A stretch of DNA of 64,000 nt from Camelus ferus (GCF_009834535.1 NC_045696.1:81284001-81348000); one strand, 5' to 3'; shown: positions 12,551-27,800, counted from the stretch's first letter. Numbers and translations are program-made. Notes: a model not told the origin generated them from the letters alone.

Positions 12551-13945
12551 AGTTTCTCCTTTTCGTTGTGAAAAACAGTTCCAGTCGTTGTGAAAAATAA
12601 TTCAAAAGTTGGTGTTCCAAATAGGACTGAAGCTTTGTGTTTAAACAAATTTATTTTGAGTTCACCATTTAGTTTGTCAGTTTCCCCAACTTTCAAAGAG
12701 GTTAGCAAGACCTGTTAGCTGCTAAGTAGATAGCATTTTCTTCATCCTAAGAAATAAGTTTTGAAAAGTACATTAAACCCTTTAGGAGTGTTTTAGCAAA
12801 TAATTGCAAAGGTCACAGATAGTCAACTCTTTGGCCTAATGGCATTCTGTTAGGATTACATATATAAAAATATTATTATGGGTTATATAGAGACAGAGCC
12901 TGGAGCAAGCAAGAGCAGCTCTATCTACCATTCATTCCCAGTTTTCAGGCCGCAGGAATGATTCCCCAGGTATTTCTTTTGCTGTGGCTGGAGGACAGAG
13001 GTTTGCACATATTACACCAGCCAATTACATGGGCTGTTTCAGGTGTCTGATTGAATCATAATCTGTGTGAATTCTATCGGTCTTGTCGTGGAGATAAACT
13101 CTTGTTTAGTACCAGCTCTTTGTGGAAATACAACTACTTCTGATAATGGCCAAGTAATTCTCCCTTATCAACTGCTTGGGGCCTGATCCGGAAATCAAAA
13201 AAGGGAGCTCTTTCAATAAAGATTCTGATCTCTCAGAAACAAGGCGTTCTCTGACACACAACACTGCCATCTTCTTCCGCTGCGTCTCAGCAAAGAGAGG
13301 CTCTCCACTTTGCTCCCTGCCATTCAGACACTGGAGTGAGGAGCCCCGTCTATTAAATGAGCTAATTTCCTAAAGTTAGAAGGCAAAACCACACATATTT
13401 CGCTGTGTCTTTTGATACCACCCCAACAATCACGGGGCTTAGAATATCTTAGGAAATAAATGTCTGATTAGCTTCCAAAATGTGGGTTGGTCAAGTAAGA
13501 GAGCAGATTATTGTACTGAAATGATGCAGTAAGCCATTCATTAGACTGTCTCAGTGAAGACTTGCAGAGCTAAGATTTAGGAAATTATATTGTATGTGTT
13601 TTAGGGACAAACATCTAGCAGTTGGCTGAAGCCCAGCCTGGAATCCAGAGACCTGGATTCTCACCTTGGCAGAGGCAGCATCTCTGCACTTTGTTTCTTC
13701 CCTATAAAAAAATGATAACTTTGGACCAGGTCTGAGTTCAAACTGGCAGCCCAGAAGCCAGTTACTGCCCAGGTAAATGTGGCTAGTTTGGTCCACATAA
13801 GGTAGTGGTGTTTTAATTATGCCAACATTAGGAAAAAAAAATTGAGCTGTTTCCAGACAAAAGTCTGGATTCTGTGAAAGATTTTGAAAAATCAAATGAT
13901 TTGGAAACCTTGGGCTCAAAATTCCGAATAGTAGCAGTACATTAG

Positions 13946-14044
13946 GAGGGGTGTAGGGATAGGTCCGTGGTAGAGTGCATGCTTAGCAAGCACAAGGTCC
14001 TGGGTTCAGCCCCCAGTACCTCTGTTAAAAACAAAGAAACAAAG
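13946..14044 (+). mobile_element. tRNA-derived SINE (Vic-1 type)
   Basis: tRNA-like head, A tail, perfect 13-bp TSD agcagtacattag (13933-13945 / 14045-14057). Confidence 0.88.
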
Positions 14045-16832
14045 AGCAGTACATTAGCGCAGTAGAGCAGCTGTTTAGAGGGCGGGTGCCCACTCCCGCT
14101 CGCACGGGAGGCCCCATCACTGCCTGCTGTCTTCCATGCCTGCTCCACTGACGCTACTAGTCCATGCCCCGTGTGAGATCTGGGAACGAGATTCTGAGAT
14201 GAACCAAGATGTCATGCACTCACCAGTGAGGGCTCCTTTCTAGAATCTGCAGTGCTGTTGGCCACAGCCCCCAAACCTAAGTTTATTATAGTTTGGACTT
14301 ACATTGCTGTAGCATCTTGATTTGGCAAAAATCATGCCTAATAACATTTTTGGTTGTTTTGAGAAAGTGTTGCAGGTAGTGCCATTAACAATCCAATCAG
14401 CTGTAGCTGAGTCTTCTGAACCATTCACTGGAATTTACTCATTTCCTGATTCTATGCATCAGAAGTGAGGCTTTCATGGAGGGTGGGGAGGCACATTTAA
14501 TTAGTATTTGACACTTTTATTACTAATTCCCTCCTTCATATATAGCCTAAGTCACTTGTCTGGGGAAAATGATTGAATCTTATTATTTGTGAGTAGAAAT
14601 TTTTAAAAGCTGAATTTGGTAACTATAGAAGCAGTGCCTAAAATAGTAAGAGGAGTGATTGTTAACAGTCTCCCCATCTTGGAGCTGCCCCATTGTGTGA
14701 CCTATAGACACACAATGTAAGTTACTTAGATACAAACACAGAGCTTAAGCTACATCTGATTTAATCCTTTGCAGCTGAGCTTGAGTTGAGCTTTAATGGA
14801 GCCATTTTTATGAATTAATGGGTGATTGATTCTGTGACAAGAATATGAAAATGACTTATTTTATCCCAGTGAATTTCATTTGAACTATGCTTAAACTGCT
14901 TTCACCTTAGCAAAAGGAAGACTTCACATATGGCCAAAGTCACTCTGCTGATGTTAATGGCACTACCCTCTGATTCCTCTTCTGGATGAATTTTGAGCCC
15001 AAATCTATGTTCCTGTTTACGTTGCACTTCTCAAAATTCTCAACCACCAAGTATCTTAGTCCTAAGTCCTCTAGGTCCAGTGTTTTTTTTTTTTTTTCTT
15101 TTTTCCTATTTTCAACTTGTCAAAAAAACTTGCTTCGTTATCCTTACTCCAAATTCTTCTGTTTGGGTAGAACATTCTGAGAGGCAGAGTTGTAAATTTC
15201 TTATAGTCTATAAGGTTAGTTTCTGTGACTGATTTTGTGGCTCAAATGGACATATAATGACTTACCCCTAACAGGAAAAACTCTCCAGAAGATCTTGTGT
15301 GCATACTGAGAAATTTGAGTACCAGCAACCAAATACAAGGTGCAGCTAACTACTCTTGTTCCTTAAATGCTGCCGTGCTGGCTCTCTGAGATGACTGTCT
15401 CCTTAGACCTGGGCAACTATGGAGCGTTTCTAGAGGGGTTATCCTTTGGGCAGGCTTCTTGTTGCTAAAAATATCAGTTGGCTCAGTATATTCAAACTAT
15501 GATTGTCATTCTCAAGATACAAAGTTGTTCATATCCAGAAACTATTGACAAAATCTGGGACTTCACATCCTTGGGGCTCATCTTTATATCTTTGCAAGAC
15601 TTAGAATTTGTAGTTCAAATGTTCTCCAAGTCCAAAAACAATTCAGAAGGAGGAGGAGTTCCCCTCCCCGCCCCCCAAATACATGCTATTTTAAAGATGA
15701 ATGCAAAAAAACCTGTTTAGCTTGCTTTTCCAAATTTGAAATTCCTAGACGTTTTACTTTACCTTTGCATCAGTTGATTGAAATAATAAATGTATACCTA
15801 CCAATTTTTGTACTTCTGTACACACATATTTTATATTGTGGGACTTAAACTACCTTTGGCAAATGAAAGCAGCATTCTGTAACAAAGTACTGAGTTGGGG
15901 TTTTGTTTACACCTTCATAAATCATGCAGTTGGGATCTGCAGCTATTCCCAGCTACCCATGATAAAAATATCCTGTGCCTTGCGATGTTTCTGGACCTTC
16001 AAGGTCAGTAAGCTGATCCTTTGCAGAGCTGTGAATTCTTGAAAGTTTCTCTCTCCTCTCCTTTTCTTAGGGTGCCCCTTTGATTTCTTGGTGCAAACTT
16101 CTTTCATTTGGACCTTCAGGCTCCTATTCCCTCCTCGTCCTCTCTCCTGTCTCTCCCCTCCCCCACCTCCTTTTACTATAAAAGAGAAGGAATCTGTTAG
16201 GAGTCATTTATTCTTGTGACTGACTGACTAAGTGCTATTTGGGAAGAATGTGTTCCTATCAAGATATTCTGGGCTAGTCCTGCAGTTTTAAAATACCTTA
16301 AAGCCTTGTTTCTTGTTACAGAAACTTAAAGCCAATTAACTAGCAAGTGAGTGAATACCACAGGGACCCCAGAAATCACCCTAAGCCTCTTCAGACTGGC
16401 TCTGAGCGTAAACCTTTTTAAATTCTTTCAGAGGCGGCTGGGGTTGGAAAGGGCAAGTTAGAAGTGACCACATCTGCTGATTCCAAACCCATGTCCCCTC
16501 CCAGTTAGGGGGTGACCTCAGGGAGGACTCAGTTCTTCTGGAACTCCTGGGATCAGCTGAGGCCAAAGACCTTTTTCTTAAATACTGTCCTGAAGGAGAG
16601 GGAGAGTGCAGGAGGGCATAATAAGCTCCCCTTCACCCAACAACCTCCAAGAGAAAACATCCTGCTGGTCAGACAAAAATATGTGGTAAACAACAATGCA
16701 AACTGTGAAATGTGTTAGAAATCTTTGTTTTTAAAAATTAACGTTTTTAATTTAGATAGAAATAACTACCTATGTCCGATAATCCAAGCAACCCTTTCCC
16801 TAATAACTGGGTCAAACTACACACTGTGCTAC

Positions 16833-17009
16833 TTTTTATTTTATTTTTTTTGAAGTATAGTCGATTTACAATGTTGTGTTAGTTTCTGGTGTACAGCATA
16901 GCGATTCAGTTATATATATATATTCTTTTTCATAGTCTTTTTTTATGATAGGCTGTCATAGGGTGTTGAATATAGTTACCTGTACTGTAAAGTAGGACTT
17001 TGTTGTTTA
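16833..17009 (-). mobile_element. Short L1 3' end (artiodactyl-type)
   Basis: poly-T + gaagtatagtcgatttacaatgttgtgttagtttctggtgtacagc; TSD tgtgct(a/g)ctt at 16825 / 17010. Confidence 0.8.
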
Positions 17010-18619
17010 TGTGCTGCTTGTTAAATATCTCCTCCTCGACACGGTTCCAGGGCTAGGATCAGGCCCGGGCCCAGCCCGCATCGTGCCTGAGCACAGTTCT
17101 GTCCTCACCTTCAACTTAACCTTCCTGCTCTCTTCTCAAGTGACAGGCATGCGTATTTCATTTTCTGACCCAGTTATGTAGGTGATACTGAGTGAGAATT
17201 TTGAATGTAAAATTCCTTTTAAACCTCTCCCACTGTCTTTCAGCCTTCCAAATAAAAAGATCCAGTGTCCTGGAATGCACCACTGTGTCTCCCTGCTGTG
17301 TGATACAAGCTTGAAAAATAGACATGAGTGCTTGGTGCTTTTTCATTAACAGAAAGTTTAGAAACATATGTGCCCACTGCTCTTTATAGGTGTCCTTTCA
17401 GCCATTTCTTCACCATCCTGGTGAAGTGGATCTTGGGGAGCTATTAATGCTATCTTTCAAATTGGAAACTTTCTTTTTTATAAATGCAAGCAGACCAAAG
17501 AATGGATAAGTAATAAATACAGTTTGAGATTTCTGGCTACCAGAAGCTTTCCATTCTGGTAGACACAGTGTTCACATCAGACATATAAGGCTGATGCTTT
17601 TATTTTGTTTTTGTAGAGATGGTGGCAGGGTGCGGAGCCCAGTGGGGTTAGGAATGTGCCCAGGTCATATAGCTGGCACTCAAGGAAGCATCACGCTTTC
17701 CACTCAGCTCGAGTGACTTCATGAGTATCTATAGCATGGGTGAGGCTGCAGACCATAGCTAGGCTTCACTTCCAAATAAATAAAGAGAAGGGCATTGAGG
17801 GGGAGAAGAATTAATGAAACCATAGCTGCAAATCACTTAGCCCAGTGCCTAGCACATGGTATCTTTTCAGGAAATGTTAGCAAGTGTTGTTGCCCCAGTG
17901 TCAGCTCTTTGAGAACTTTCTTTCAGGGAGAATATTAATGATGCATTATTTCTTGCTTGTGAGATGTGAAGTTATTGACTTATCGCTGCTGGGCTTGGCA
18001 TGTTGAGCCCTGTTTCTGTTTATTAATGTGATGAGTTTACTTGTGGTGAGGGAGGGTCCCCGCTGTGCAGTGGCTGTAATTATCAGTGTTGCTGTGCGGC
18101 TGCAGGAACCGATTGCTAGCAAATGCTGGTTTCTTTCTTCCTTTTTCTTAAAAAAAAAAAAAAAAAACTCATTACATAATTTAACAATCATTTTGTTCCA
18201 TAGTGAGATGAAAAGAATTTAGCAGCCTTCAGCTGGAGCTGAATGAAGAAGCAAATTATAGAAATCACTGACATTAGTGCCTGGCTAGAGCAGGATTGTT
18301 TCCTACCGAATATTTGAAAGTATTTTGTCCAATCTAATTTTGAAAGCCTGGAGTCACTGGGCTTCCACTGCTCTCCTCGGGAACTGTAATTACGTGGCCT
18401 AACAGAGCTCAGCGGCGGGACATTCTCTCCAGCTGATACAGGAGCAATGGATGCATTCGTAGGAGGTCTGGTCACTGCTGTTTTTCAAAGGATTTGGAGA
18501 AAGAGCAGAAGGATTTTGTTCACTTGAGCAACTGTTCTTTTCTTTCTATCGAGGATGTTTCTTTGGTCCGTCCTGCTGCTGTTGAACCATGATTTATGTA
18601 AATACGATTTTCTTTATGT

Positions 18620-21040
18620 TCTAGAGAATCCCCAAAATATACAAGAGTAGACAGAACAGTATCATGTACCCAAAACTAGCCCCAACAATCATCAACCAGT
18701 GGTCAAGCCTGCCCCATCTACTCGTCCATCTCCTTCCTTTCTTCTAGTATTTTGAAACAAATCTCATTATCTTTTTTAAAAAACTCTGGTAAAATACACA
18801 TAGCATGAAGCTTACCACCTTAATAATTTTGAAATGTATAATTCAGTGGGATTAAGTGCACAATGTTGCACTCTCTCTAGTTCCAGAACTTTTTATTTTA
18901 TTACCCCAAAAGGAAACTCCATACCCATTAAACCACAACTCCCATTCTTCCCTCCACCTAGTGCCTGGCAACCACCAGTCTACTTTCTGTCTCTGTGGAC
19001 TTGCCTATTCTGGATATTTCATATAAATGGCCATGTTCATATATTATATAGCTTTTTTCCCTCTGGTTTCTTTCAGTTAGCACAACATCGTCAAGATTCA
19101 TCCATTGCATCGGGCATCAGTACTTAATTTTTTTCAGAGCAGCATAATACTCTGGTGTGTGGCTGTACCACGTTTTGTTTATTCATCTGGTGATGAACAG
19201 TTTGGTTATTTCCACCTTTTGTCTGCTGTGAACGGTGCTGCTTTGAACATTCATATGCAAGTTTTTGTTTGAACACCGGTTTTCAGTTCTTTGGGGTATA
19301 TACCTGGAAGTAAAATTGCCAGGTCATGTGGGATGTCTATGTTTTAGCTTTCTGAAGAACCACCAAACTGTCCTCCACAGTGACTGCAGCATTTTACATT
19401 CCCTCCGACAATGTATGAGGGTTCCAGTTTCTTCACATTCTTAACAACACATTATTTTCTGCTTTTCTTTTTGTAAAAATTATAGTCACCCTAGAGGATG
19501 TGAAGTGGTGTCTCACTGTTGTTTTGACTTGCATTTTCCGAATGGCTATTGGCACTGAGCATCTTGTCATGTGATTGTTAGTCATTTGTATATCCTTCAG
19601 AGAGAAAAGTCTATTCAGGTCTTTTGCCCGTTTTAAAATTATGTGCTTTGTATTTTTTTTTGCTGAGTTGTAAGAATTCCTTATATATTCTGGATCCTAG
19701 ACCCTTATTAAATATATGCTAATATGAAACATATTGCAAATATTTTCCCCATTCTGTGGGTTGTCTTTTCACACTCTTGATAGTGTCCTTTGATGCACAA
19801 AGTTTTTAATGTTGATGAAATCCAGTTTGGCTGCTGTCATAGTTAAGAGACCATTGCCAAGTCCAGGGTCATGGACATTTACCCCATGTTCTCTCCTAAT
19901 AGTTTCGCAGTTCTAGCTCTTATATTTAAGTCTTTGATCCATTTTGAGATAATTATTTGTATGTGGTGTGAGGTAAGGGTTCAGCATTGTTCTTTTACAT
20001 GTGGATATACAGTTGACTGAGCACTCTCTATAGAAGAGACCATCATCAGATCATTTTCTCCATAGTATTTCAGTATGTTTCTCTAAAAGATAAGACCGTT
20101 TTTTTTTTATGTAACCACAGTACCGTTATCATACTTTAAAAATGTTAACCATATTTCCTTAGTGTCATCAAATATCTAGAATGTAGATTGTTTCAAAAAT
20201 TTTAACAACTTAAAAAAAAAATCAGTATCCAGATAAGTCCTGTCCATTGTAATTTGCTGCTATATCTTTTTAAATGATTTTAATCTGCAGATTTCACCTG
20301 CATCTCTTTTTTCCTTCTTGATATATATTTGTTGAAGCAAATGAGCCACTTACCCTGTGGAGTTTTTTCAGTCTAGCTGTTGTTGATTACATCCCCATGA
20401 TGTACCATGTTCCTCATCCCTCTGAATCTCCTGTAAATTGGTAGCTGGAACTAGGGACTTGATGAGACATAGGTTTGGGTTTTTGTTTTGTTTTGTTTTG
20501 TTTCTTTTTGGCAAGACTACGTCTTAGGTGATGTATTATGCTAATCAAGAGGCAAATCATAGCTGATTATTTCTTATTTTTTTATGTTAGCAGCCACTGA
20601 TGATCGGTGCCTAAATCCCTTAGTTTGAGGTTGTGAAATAGTGATATTCTATTTCTATTGTCTCTTCTTCATTTATTAGGTGGATTATTTGCTTTATGTG
20701 AAGAGAAGCTTTACCTCTTCTGTTATTTAATCACCTTGCGGTAAAACTTGAATAAGAAAGGTGGTGTAAATTCTTGATTCTTTCCCTTTATTTACCAGTC
20801 TCAAAAATAAGAAGTTGGTTCATTTTCTTCAAACAGTGCCAATTATGTTCTTTTTGAGGGGTATCTGTGTTAATGCATTCAGTTAAGCATACTTAATGTG
20901 TTTCAAGACATTGCAGGTTTTCTTCTTACTGATGCTCTAATTATCCCATCTCTGGCCAGTGAGAACCTCTTAAAGTTGCCTCCTCAGTTCTTTGTAACAT
21001 GATCTCATGGTCTCTGATAGCTTCCTGTCTATCATATATG
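18620..21040 (-). mobile_element. Old L1MC-like 3' region (18620-18770 and 20041-21040), interrupted by the L1MB
   Basis: ttttgaaacaaatctc | atcattt...tatttcagtatgtttctctaaaagataag continues across the nested insert; subfamily recalled, not verified. Confidence 0.65.
18772..20040 (-). mobile_element. L1MB-like 3' fragment nested in an older L1MC-like element
   Basis: Typical L1MB 3' UTR (ggaaactccatacccattaa...ggcaaccaccagtctactttctgtctctgtggacttgcctattctggatatttcatataaatgg) followed by ORF2 remnants. Confidence 0.85.
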
Positions 21041-22247
21041 GTAATTTTACAGCTTTGATTGGGTTGGAACAGGGTCTGTTGTGGCACTTTTAAATTTCTT
21101 TACAAAGCTCATGATAGACCTCTCTACTTCCCCTGGCACTCTGGAGAAGATGGGAGGGTTTCCTTAGCCTTTGTAAAATCATAAGAAGATAAATCAGGAC
21201 AGATATTGGAAACTCATTCATGAAACTCATTTCATAAATTTTTATTGAGTTTCAATTAGGCATACAGAAAAAAAGAGAACATTATTTCTGCCCAAAGATT
21301 TTGCAGCCTGGTGGGGTATCTCATAGGACCTGATGACACGGTGCTGACGTCAGGAAGGCGCATTTCGACAAAGCCAGAACTAACCACATGATTTCATTAC
21401 GGCTTTATTTTATTTCTGTTTCTAGTCAGAGATTGATTGCTAGTCATTCTAAATTCTTTTCATTTAATTATTTTAAAAGTAATAAGGTGACTTGTTGACG
21501 ACTTTCTGAAGAAGAAGGAGAATGTATGGAAATAGATGTTTTTCTAAAGCTAGAAAATGACTATAAAAGCAGATAGATTGCTTTTCCTCTTCTAGTCTCT
21601 ACATATCCATTAAGTGAGAGAGATGTTTATTTTCTGCCTATTTTATAAAGTTGCTGAGTACTGTAATGAGTTTATATTTATAGGAAACTTGGAGCTTTTT
21701 GGATGAAAGGTGCTAAATTAGGACTTATTGTTTATTGAATTTATCTGATATGTCCAGCCTCCTGGGAGCATTTGCTGAAGTTAATTAAAAGCAGATAGTC
21801 CTCAGTCTGACAGCTTGCAGTGCCACTTACAAACCAATAACGTAAACAGTGTGCTCTTCTATTGTTCTAACCCGGATTGCCTAGACAACCACAGCTCTTT
21901 CAGACAAGAGAACGATCCTACTTTTGTAGGAAAGATGAGTTTGACCACTGAATAAAAAAACACAGGGATATTCTCAACTACATCTGAACCACCTGGCTGC
22001 CTTCATTTTTTAAAAAATGCTTAGAATATGTAGGTTTGCCTCATTTTCAGGCAACAATTTTCAGGTTTGAAAATTTTAAATAATCTTTCCTTTCTATTGT
22101 TTTGGGAGGAAATTAAAATACTAGTTTATGTTTTATATATTGTATTATGATCACTTTTTCTTTGCAGGAATGGCATTCCAGAGCAGCCAAATGGGACACC
22201 TTATGCTTTCTTAACCCAGTGGAAGCCATGAAGTGTAATTACAATAA

Positions 22248-22415
<168 letters not shown>

Positions 22416-23239
22416 TGAAATTTGCATTAACTTACACTAATTCCTAAACGTGCTGGAAACTCCCTTAGAGCTTTACTCTAACAGGGATGGTGGCAGTGGT
22501 AGCATGTCACGGTCTGCTGTAATGAAGGGAGAGCCATTCTGAGTAGGCATGAGTTCTCTCATTCAGAGAGTTGGCGTTGGGTGCTTTCCCCGGGACTCAT
22601 TTCCCATGGGGTTTCCAACTGGAAGTCTGATTTTAGATCGCAGAGATAGTGTCCCACTTAGGAAATGGGTTGTTTAGGGATAGTTTGAACACACATTTGA
22701 GTTCTCCTTTTGTTACAGTTTGTAACTAATTTGAGGCTTGTGTGACTTTAGCCATTTTAATACATACAACCTAGTTTCACTAATTTTACCCTAAAAGAAA
22801 TTCTTTGAGATTTAATCTCTAAAATTGATCAGAATAGCTGGACACGAATATGCCTATTTGCCCAGCTTTGCCCACAAATCCCACAATCAGACAGTCTACA
22901 CAATGGTGTCATATTTGCTAAGATCAGTTCAGGGAGGGGAAGAAGGTAGTTGGTCATATTTTAGTTTGCTCAAACTCATTTAATTATCTCCTACTATTAA
23001 TAAGGAGGCAATAAGGAAGCTATAATATGTCCACTGAGCATTCTTCCTAGATCTGCTTAGCAGTTGTTATTTATTGTTTGTTTATCTGTAAGCTCTGCCT
23101 TCTCAGGATAAGAGAACAAAAAGTAAAACAGTTTGCATGGTGTGTCCAAGATATGCCTTTGAGAGATAGATTATGTGCTGGGGATGGAAGGAAGGAAACC
23201 ATAAAATAATTATGTTTATTCACTTAATTCAAACCACAT

Positions 23240-24000
23240 TAGGCAAAAAGCAAATAGAAAATGAAAATGTTTAAATGATAATACTTGTAATAGCATAAAA
23301 AAACAAACACTTAGAAATAAATGTACAGAAAGATGTGAACGACTTCTACACTGAAAACTACAAAATGTTACAAATTAAAGAAGACCTTAATAAATGGAGG
23401 TGTATATCCTATTTCATGAATTAGAATGCTGAATATTGTATCGATGTTATTTCTCCCTAATTTGATCCTTGGTTTTATTAAACTGCCTACCAAAATCCCT
23501 CTCGGTACATTTGTGGGTCTTGACAAGCTGATTTTTAAAACATTATATGGAAATGCAAAGGGCCAAGAATAGCCAAGGCAATTTTGAGGAACAAAGCTGA
23601 AGAATTTATGCTGCCAGTTATCAGGACTTATTATAAAGCTGCTAAGTAATTGAGACAGAGCAGTATTATCACAAGAATAGACAAATGGCCAACCACACAG
23701 AATGGAGACTCCATGAACAGACCCACTTCCTGTGGACACCTGATTAATGACAAAAGCAGGACAGAATGCATAGGGAGAGGGTGCTCTTATCAGTAAATGG
23801 CAATCAATGAATTGAATATCCATATGAAAACATGAAGCTTGACGCCTGCTTTATACCATATTGAAAAATCAATTCCAGCTGGATTATGGATATAAATGTG
23901 AAAGATATAAAAAATAAAGCTCTTAGGAGAAAATATAGGGTAATACCTCCATGGCTTTAAGTGGGCAAAAAGATTTCTCAAACAGAACGCAAAACCAAAC
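23240..24000 (+). mobile_element. Ancient L1M ORF2 fragment
   Basis: ctacactgaaaactacaaaa...aaagaagaccttaataaatggag...aagggccaagaatagccaag. Confidence 0.8.
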
Positions 24001-25283
24001 TTGAGGGGAAAACGATGAGGTACGGCTTCTGATGTCCTTCAGATCTGACGTGTATCTCCAAGTATTTATGTGCCATTGTGTAAAGTTTATTTGAATTTCT
24101 TATCTGGAATTCTGCTCATTCAGGAAAACATGACATGTTATTTAGCCATCCAGACTACCCCGTGGGTGCCAAGAATCTACTGAGTCTCTAGGGCTGGTTC
24201 TGCCCGCTCTGTCTTCCTGCACTCGTGGGGAGCCCCACAGGGGTCAGTCGTGTGATCTCCAGGGTTCTACAAGCAGCCTGGAGGTTTCAGTCCATGAGTG
24301 TCTCTCAATAGCTGGTTTTAAAATGTGTGAAAACATGGTTCGCTTCCTTCTCCCAATACATTCTCCCAAATGATTCTAGTATTTGGGATAAGGTGATTCA
24401 TGGAAAGGACATTTGATCCCCCATAGGCCCCTGGCCACAAGAAGTTTCAGAGATGACCCTTCATGCATCATATGATCTAATTAAGCCCAAACTTTGACTC
24501 ACTTACGTGCTCTGGTATCAGCTTCCAACCACATTGGTGGTAAAGGAGGGAAAAAGATCTTCAGTCCCTCCTTTAATGATTTACGGAGTGTTAATATGCC
24601 ATGAAAACAATACATTTTAATCTACTGGATGCCTACCTTCAGCCAAATTGACTAGATTGAAAGGTAATTTTTAAAGACCCAAACCAGTGCCCCAAAAATG
24701 CCCTGTCTCATGGTTTATGTTTATTAATATTCTCAAAGAGCAACGTGGATCTTTTGGGGCATTTATATTCTCTTGCTGAATTTTCTCAACAGGAAGATTC
24801 AGATATTTAGATTTTTCTTTTTGTTTCAACTTCATCTTTCATACCATGGTTTTGTTACCGTGGAGAGAAATTAACAACAGAGAAAATCATAAATAAAAGT
24901 GAGGGTCCAATACCTTGAATTAGCAAGTGTTAACATAGTTTGCTTCAAGACTCCAATTTTAGATTCTTTTAGGTTACAATTTATCTGAGAAACATGTGAC
25001 CACCTTAGAGCAAGTCTGTAGTTTTTAGAACCCACCAAAATCAGAGTAGTTCATGGAGAAATGGAACATAGTCAGTTTTAGATGTCAGTGAATAATTATT
25101 TCATATAATGAGCACAAAGTCACAGATATCATAAAGCACTAAAAATGGCAGTGATGAACATCAACACAGGAAACAGAAATTGTTGTTTTCCTGTTTTAAT
25201 GTGAGACATTTTCTAAAGCCAGTGGGAAATTTCCTGGCTGGTCTGTGAAGTATTTTACTGTGCTTAATGAAAACTGTGTAATA

Positions 25284-25423
25284 AAATGCCCCCTCCCCTC
25301 TTTTAAGGGGAGGAGATAATTAGATTTATTTATTTACTTATTTTTTACATGGAGGTACTGGGGATTGAACCCAAGACTGTGCATGCTAGGCAGGCACTCT
25401 ACCACTGAGCTATCCCCTTCCCC
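25284..25423 (-). mobile_element. tRNA-derived SINE (Vic-1 type, long tail form)
   Basis: ggggattgaaccc...ctctaccactgagctatcccc; TSD tgaaaactgt(g/a)taata at 25268-25283 / 25424-25439. Confidence 0.88.
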
Positions 25424-25909
25424 TGAAAACTGTATAATAGAAGGTAACTTTTAAATTTAAAAATGCCCCCCAAAACGTAGAGAATTCAGTTAAATCAGTT
25501 TTCTGTTCAGAGACTCTATAGATGTTCCTGTTACAAACTAGCAAATACAGGTGGTCCTCAGTTTTCACAGCACTGATAGCTGAAACGTGTGCGTGTTGGA
25601 ATTGTATCATTGCCTGTGTTATTCCTTGTTACCTGAGGTCAAAGCCAATATGCATCCGTTTCATTCAACACAGTACCATGCATCACAAGGACCGCCTGTA
25701 TGTTTCAGTTTATATCGATCAATCGCCTACAGTTTAGAGCAGTTAAGCATAGTGCTATATTTAGAATTATTACCACATGAAAAATATGAATAAAATAATG
25801 GACATATCTCTGAGTAAGTTTAAATTTGAGGGGGGTCATTAACATCCAAAATAGTTTTTTGCTCCTGGGGTTGTATTCCCATTAACCCTCTCAATCTTCG
25901 TCGCTCTAG

Positions 25910-26029
<120 letters not shown>

Positions 26030-26929
26030 TGATAGGATTATTTCAGTTTGTTTTTTTTTAATAATGAATGTAAATTTCTCACTGTGGATTTAGAGGTCAT
26101 TGTACCTACAAAGGGAAGGAAAATGTCTATTTAAAAAAACGTTTTCTAAAAGCACTTTGAGGAATGAATTGGTATACAATATGGCAAGCAGAATCACGTG
26201 CTTAATCAATGTGTAGAAATAACTGAGTTTGTTTTTTAAGCAAAGATCCTTTAAATTAAAAGACTGACCTTGAAATCGTTTCCTGTATCTTGTAGTTTGT
26301 TTATATTGTTGCTGCTGTAACAGAACGATGATGACTCATTTTTTAATTGAAAATATCCACAGTTAGACATATTTAGCCTCATGAATTCCTGCTATATCCC
26401 CATATGTTTTAAGTTATATTTACATTGATTTCATTATTACCTAGGGCACTTGTACAAAATGGATGCTCAATATTCTACTTTACATGCATACTGATATTCC
26501 ACCCCATCTGCCAGTATTATCAGTGAGGGAATCCTTTTCTCTGGTACTGCCCTTTAGAGCCCTTCCCCCAATAAATCTGGGATTTTCCAGATAAGGTAAA
26601 GAATCCCCACATTCATGTGACTGTTCAGTGTATATGCATTGAACATACGCAACATACATTGACAAATATCCTGCAAGATATGTAGTTTGTCTTCTAGAGA
26701 AGAATCACTGTCCATATGATTATTTATTTTCAAAGAGATTTAAATATCTCCTGTGTTTATAATCCAAATTTGCTCTCGCCTTTTTGTTAAAATATATAAT
26801 TTCTATTTTTTTCCTTCGTTAGCATTTAGGGCCAAACCTTCATCTCATGAATATTCCCTTTTAACACAAAAGCATACATTATGTAGGGAAAGCAGTTATA
26901 TATGCACTAACTACATAAGCTATCCTCAG

Positions 26930-27200
26930 AATATTCACACATCACTAATTAACAGTTACTTGTTGAGAGAATGTTATGTGCCAGGTCCTGTACAAAATGT
27001 TTTTATGTAGATTATCTTGCTTAAACATCAGAGCAACTCTATGTGAAAATCATCATCCTCATTTTATGGATTAGGAAACTGAAGTTCAAAGACGTTAATC
27101 TACTAGCCCTAGGTCACATCACTAATAAGTGTCAGAAATGTGATGCAAATTTAAGCAGTGTGACTTCAGAAACTTAGCTATTAACCACTTTGTCTGTATC
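26930..27200 (-). mobile_element. MIR SINE
   Basis: catcctcattttatggattaggaaactgaagttc...aggtcaca. Confidence 0.7.
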
Positions 27201-27344
27201 CTCTAAATACTACCCTTTATGGCAACCAAGCTTGCCTTTAATTTAATACCTGTGTGGTCCTCCACTGCGCTTTGTGTAATCAAACAACCCTTCATGCTTT
27301 TCTCATTGGTATGCTTTATCCATTTACACATGCAGGTTAAAAAT

Positions 27345-27800
27345 ATACATTCACAATAGTAAAAAGAAAAGCATCTCAAGTGTCCATCAATAGATGAATG
27401 GATAAACAAAACGTGTTATCTGCACACAATGGAGTATTATTCAGTCCTAAAAAGAAAGGAAATTCTGGCACGTGCTGCAAGATGGATTAACCTTGAGGAC
27501 ATTATGCTAAGTGAAATAAGCTGGTCCCCAAAAGACTAGTAATGTATGATTCAACATACAAGTAGTCAGATTCATAGAGATAGAAAGTAGAATGGTACTT
27601 GCGAGGGGCTGAGGGGAGAGGAGAGAGAGGAGTTACTGTTTAATGGCTACGGAGTTTCAGTGAAGGAGGATGAAAAAGTTCTAGAGTTGGATGATGATTA
27701 TGATTGCAAAATAATGTGAATGTACTTAATACCACAAAACTATCCATCCTGAAATGGTTAAAATGGTAAATTTCACATTATGTGTATTTAGCGCAGTAAA
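27345..27800 (+). mobile_element. L1MB-like 3' end, ~90 nt upstream of exon 7
   Basis: aagtgtccatcaatagatgaatggataaac...ccttgaggacattatgctaagtgaaataag...aaatggttaaaatggtaaattt. Confidence 0.85.
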
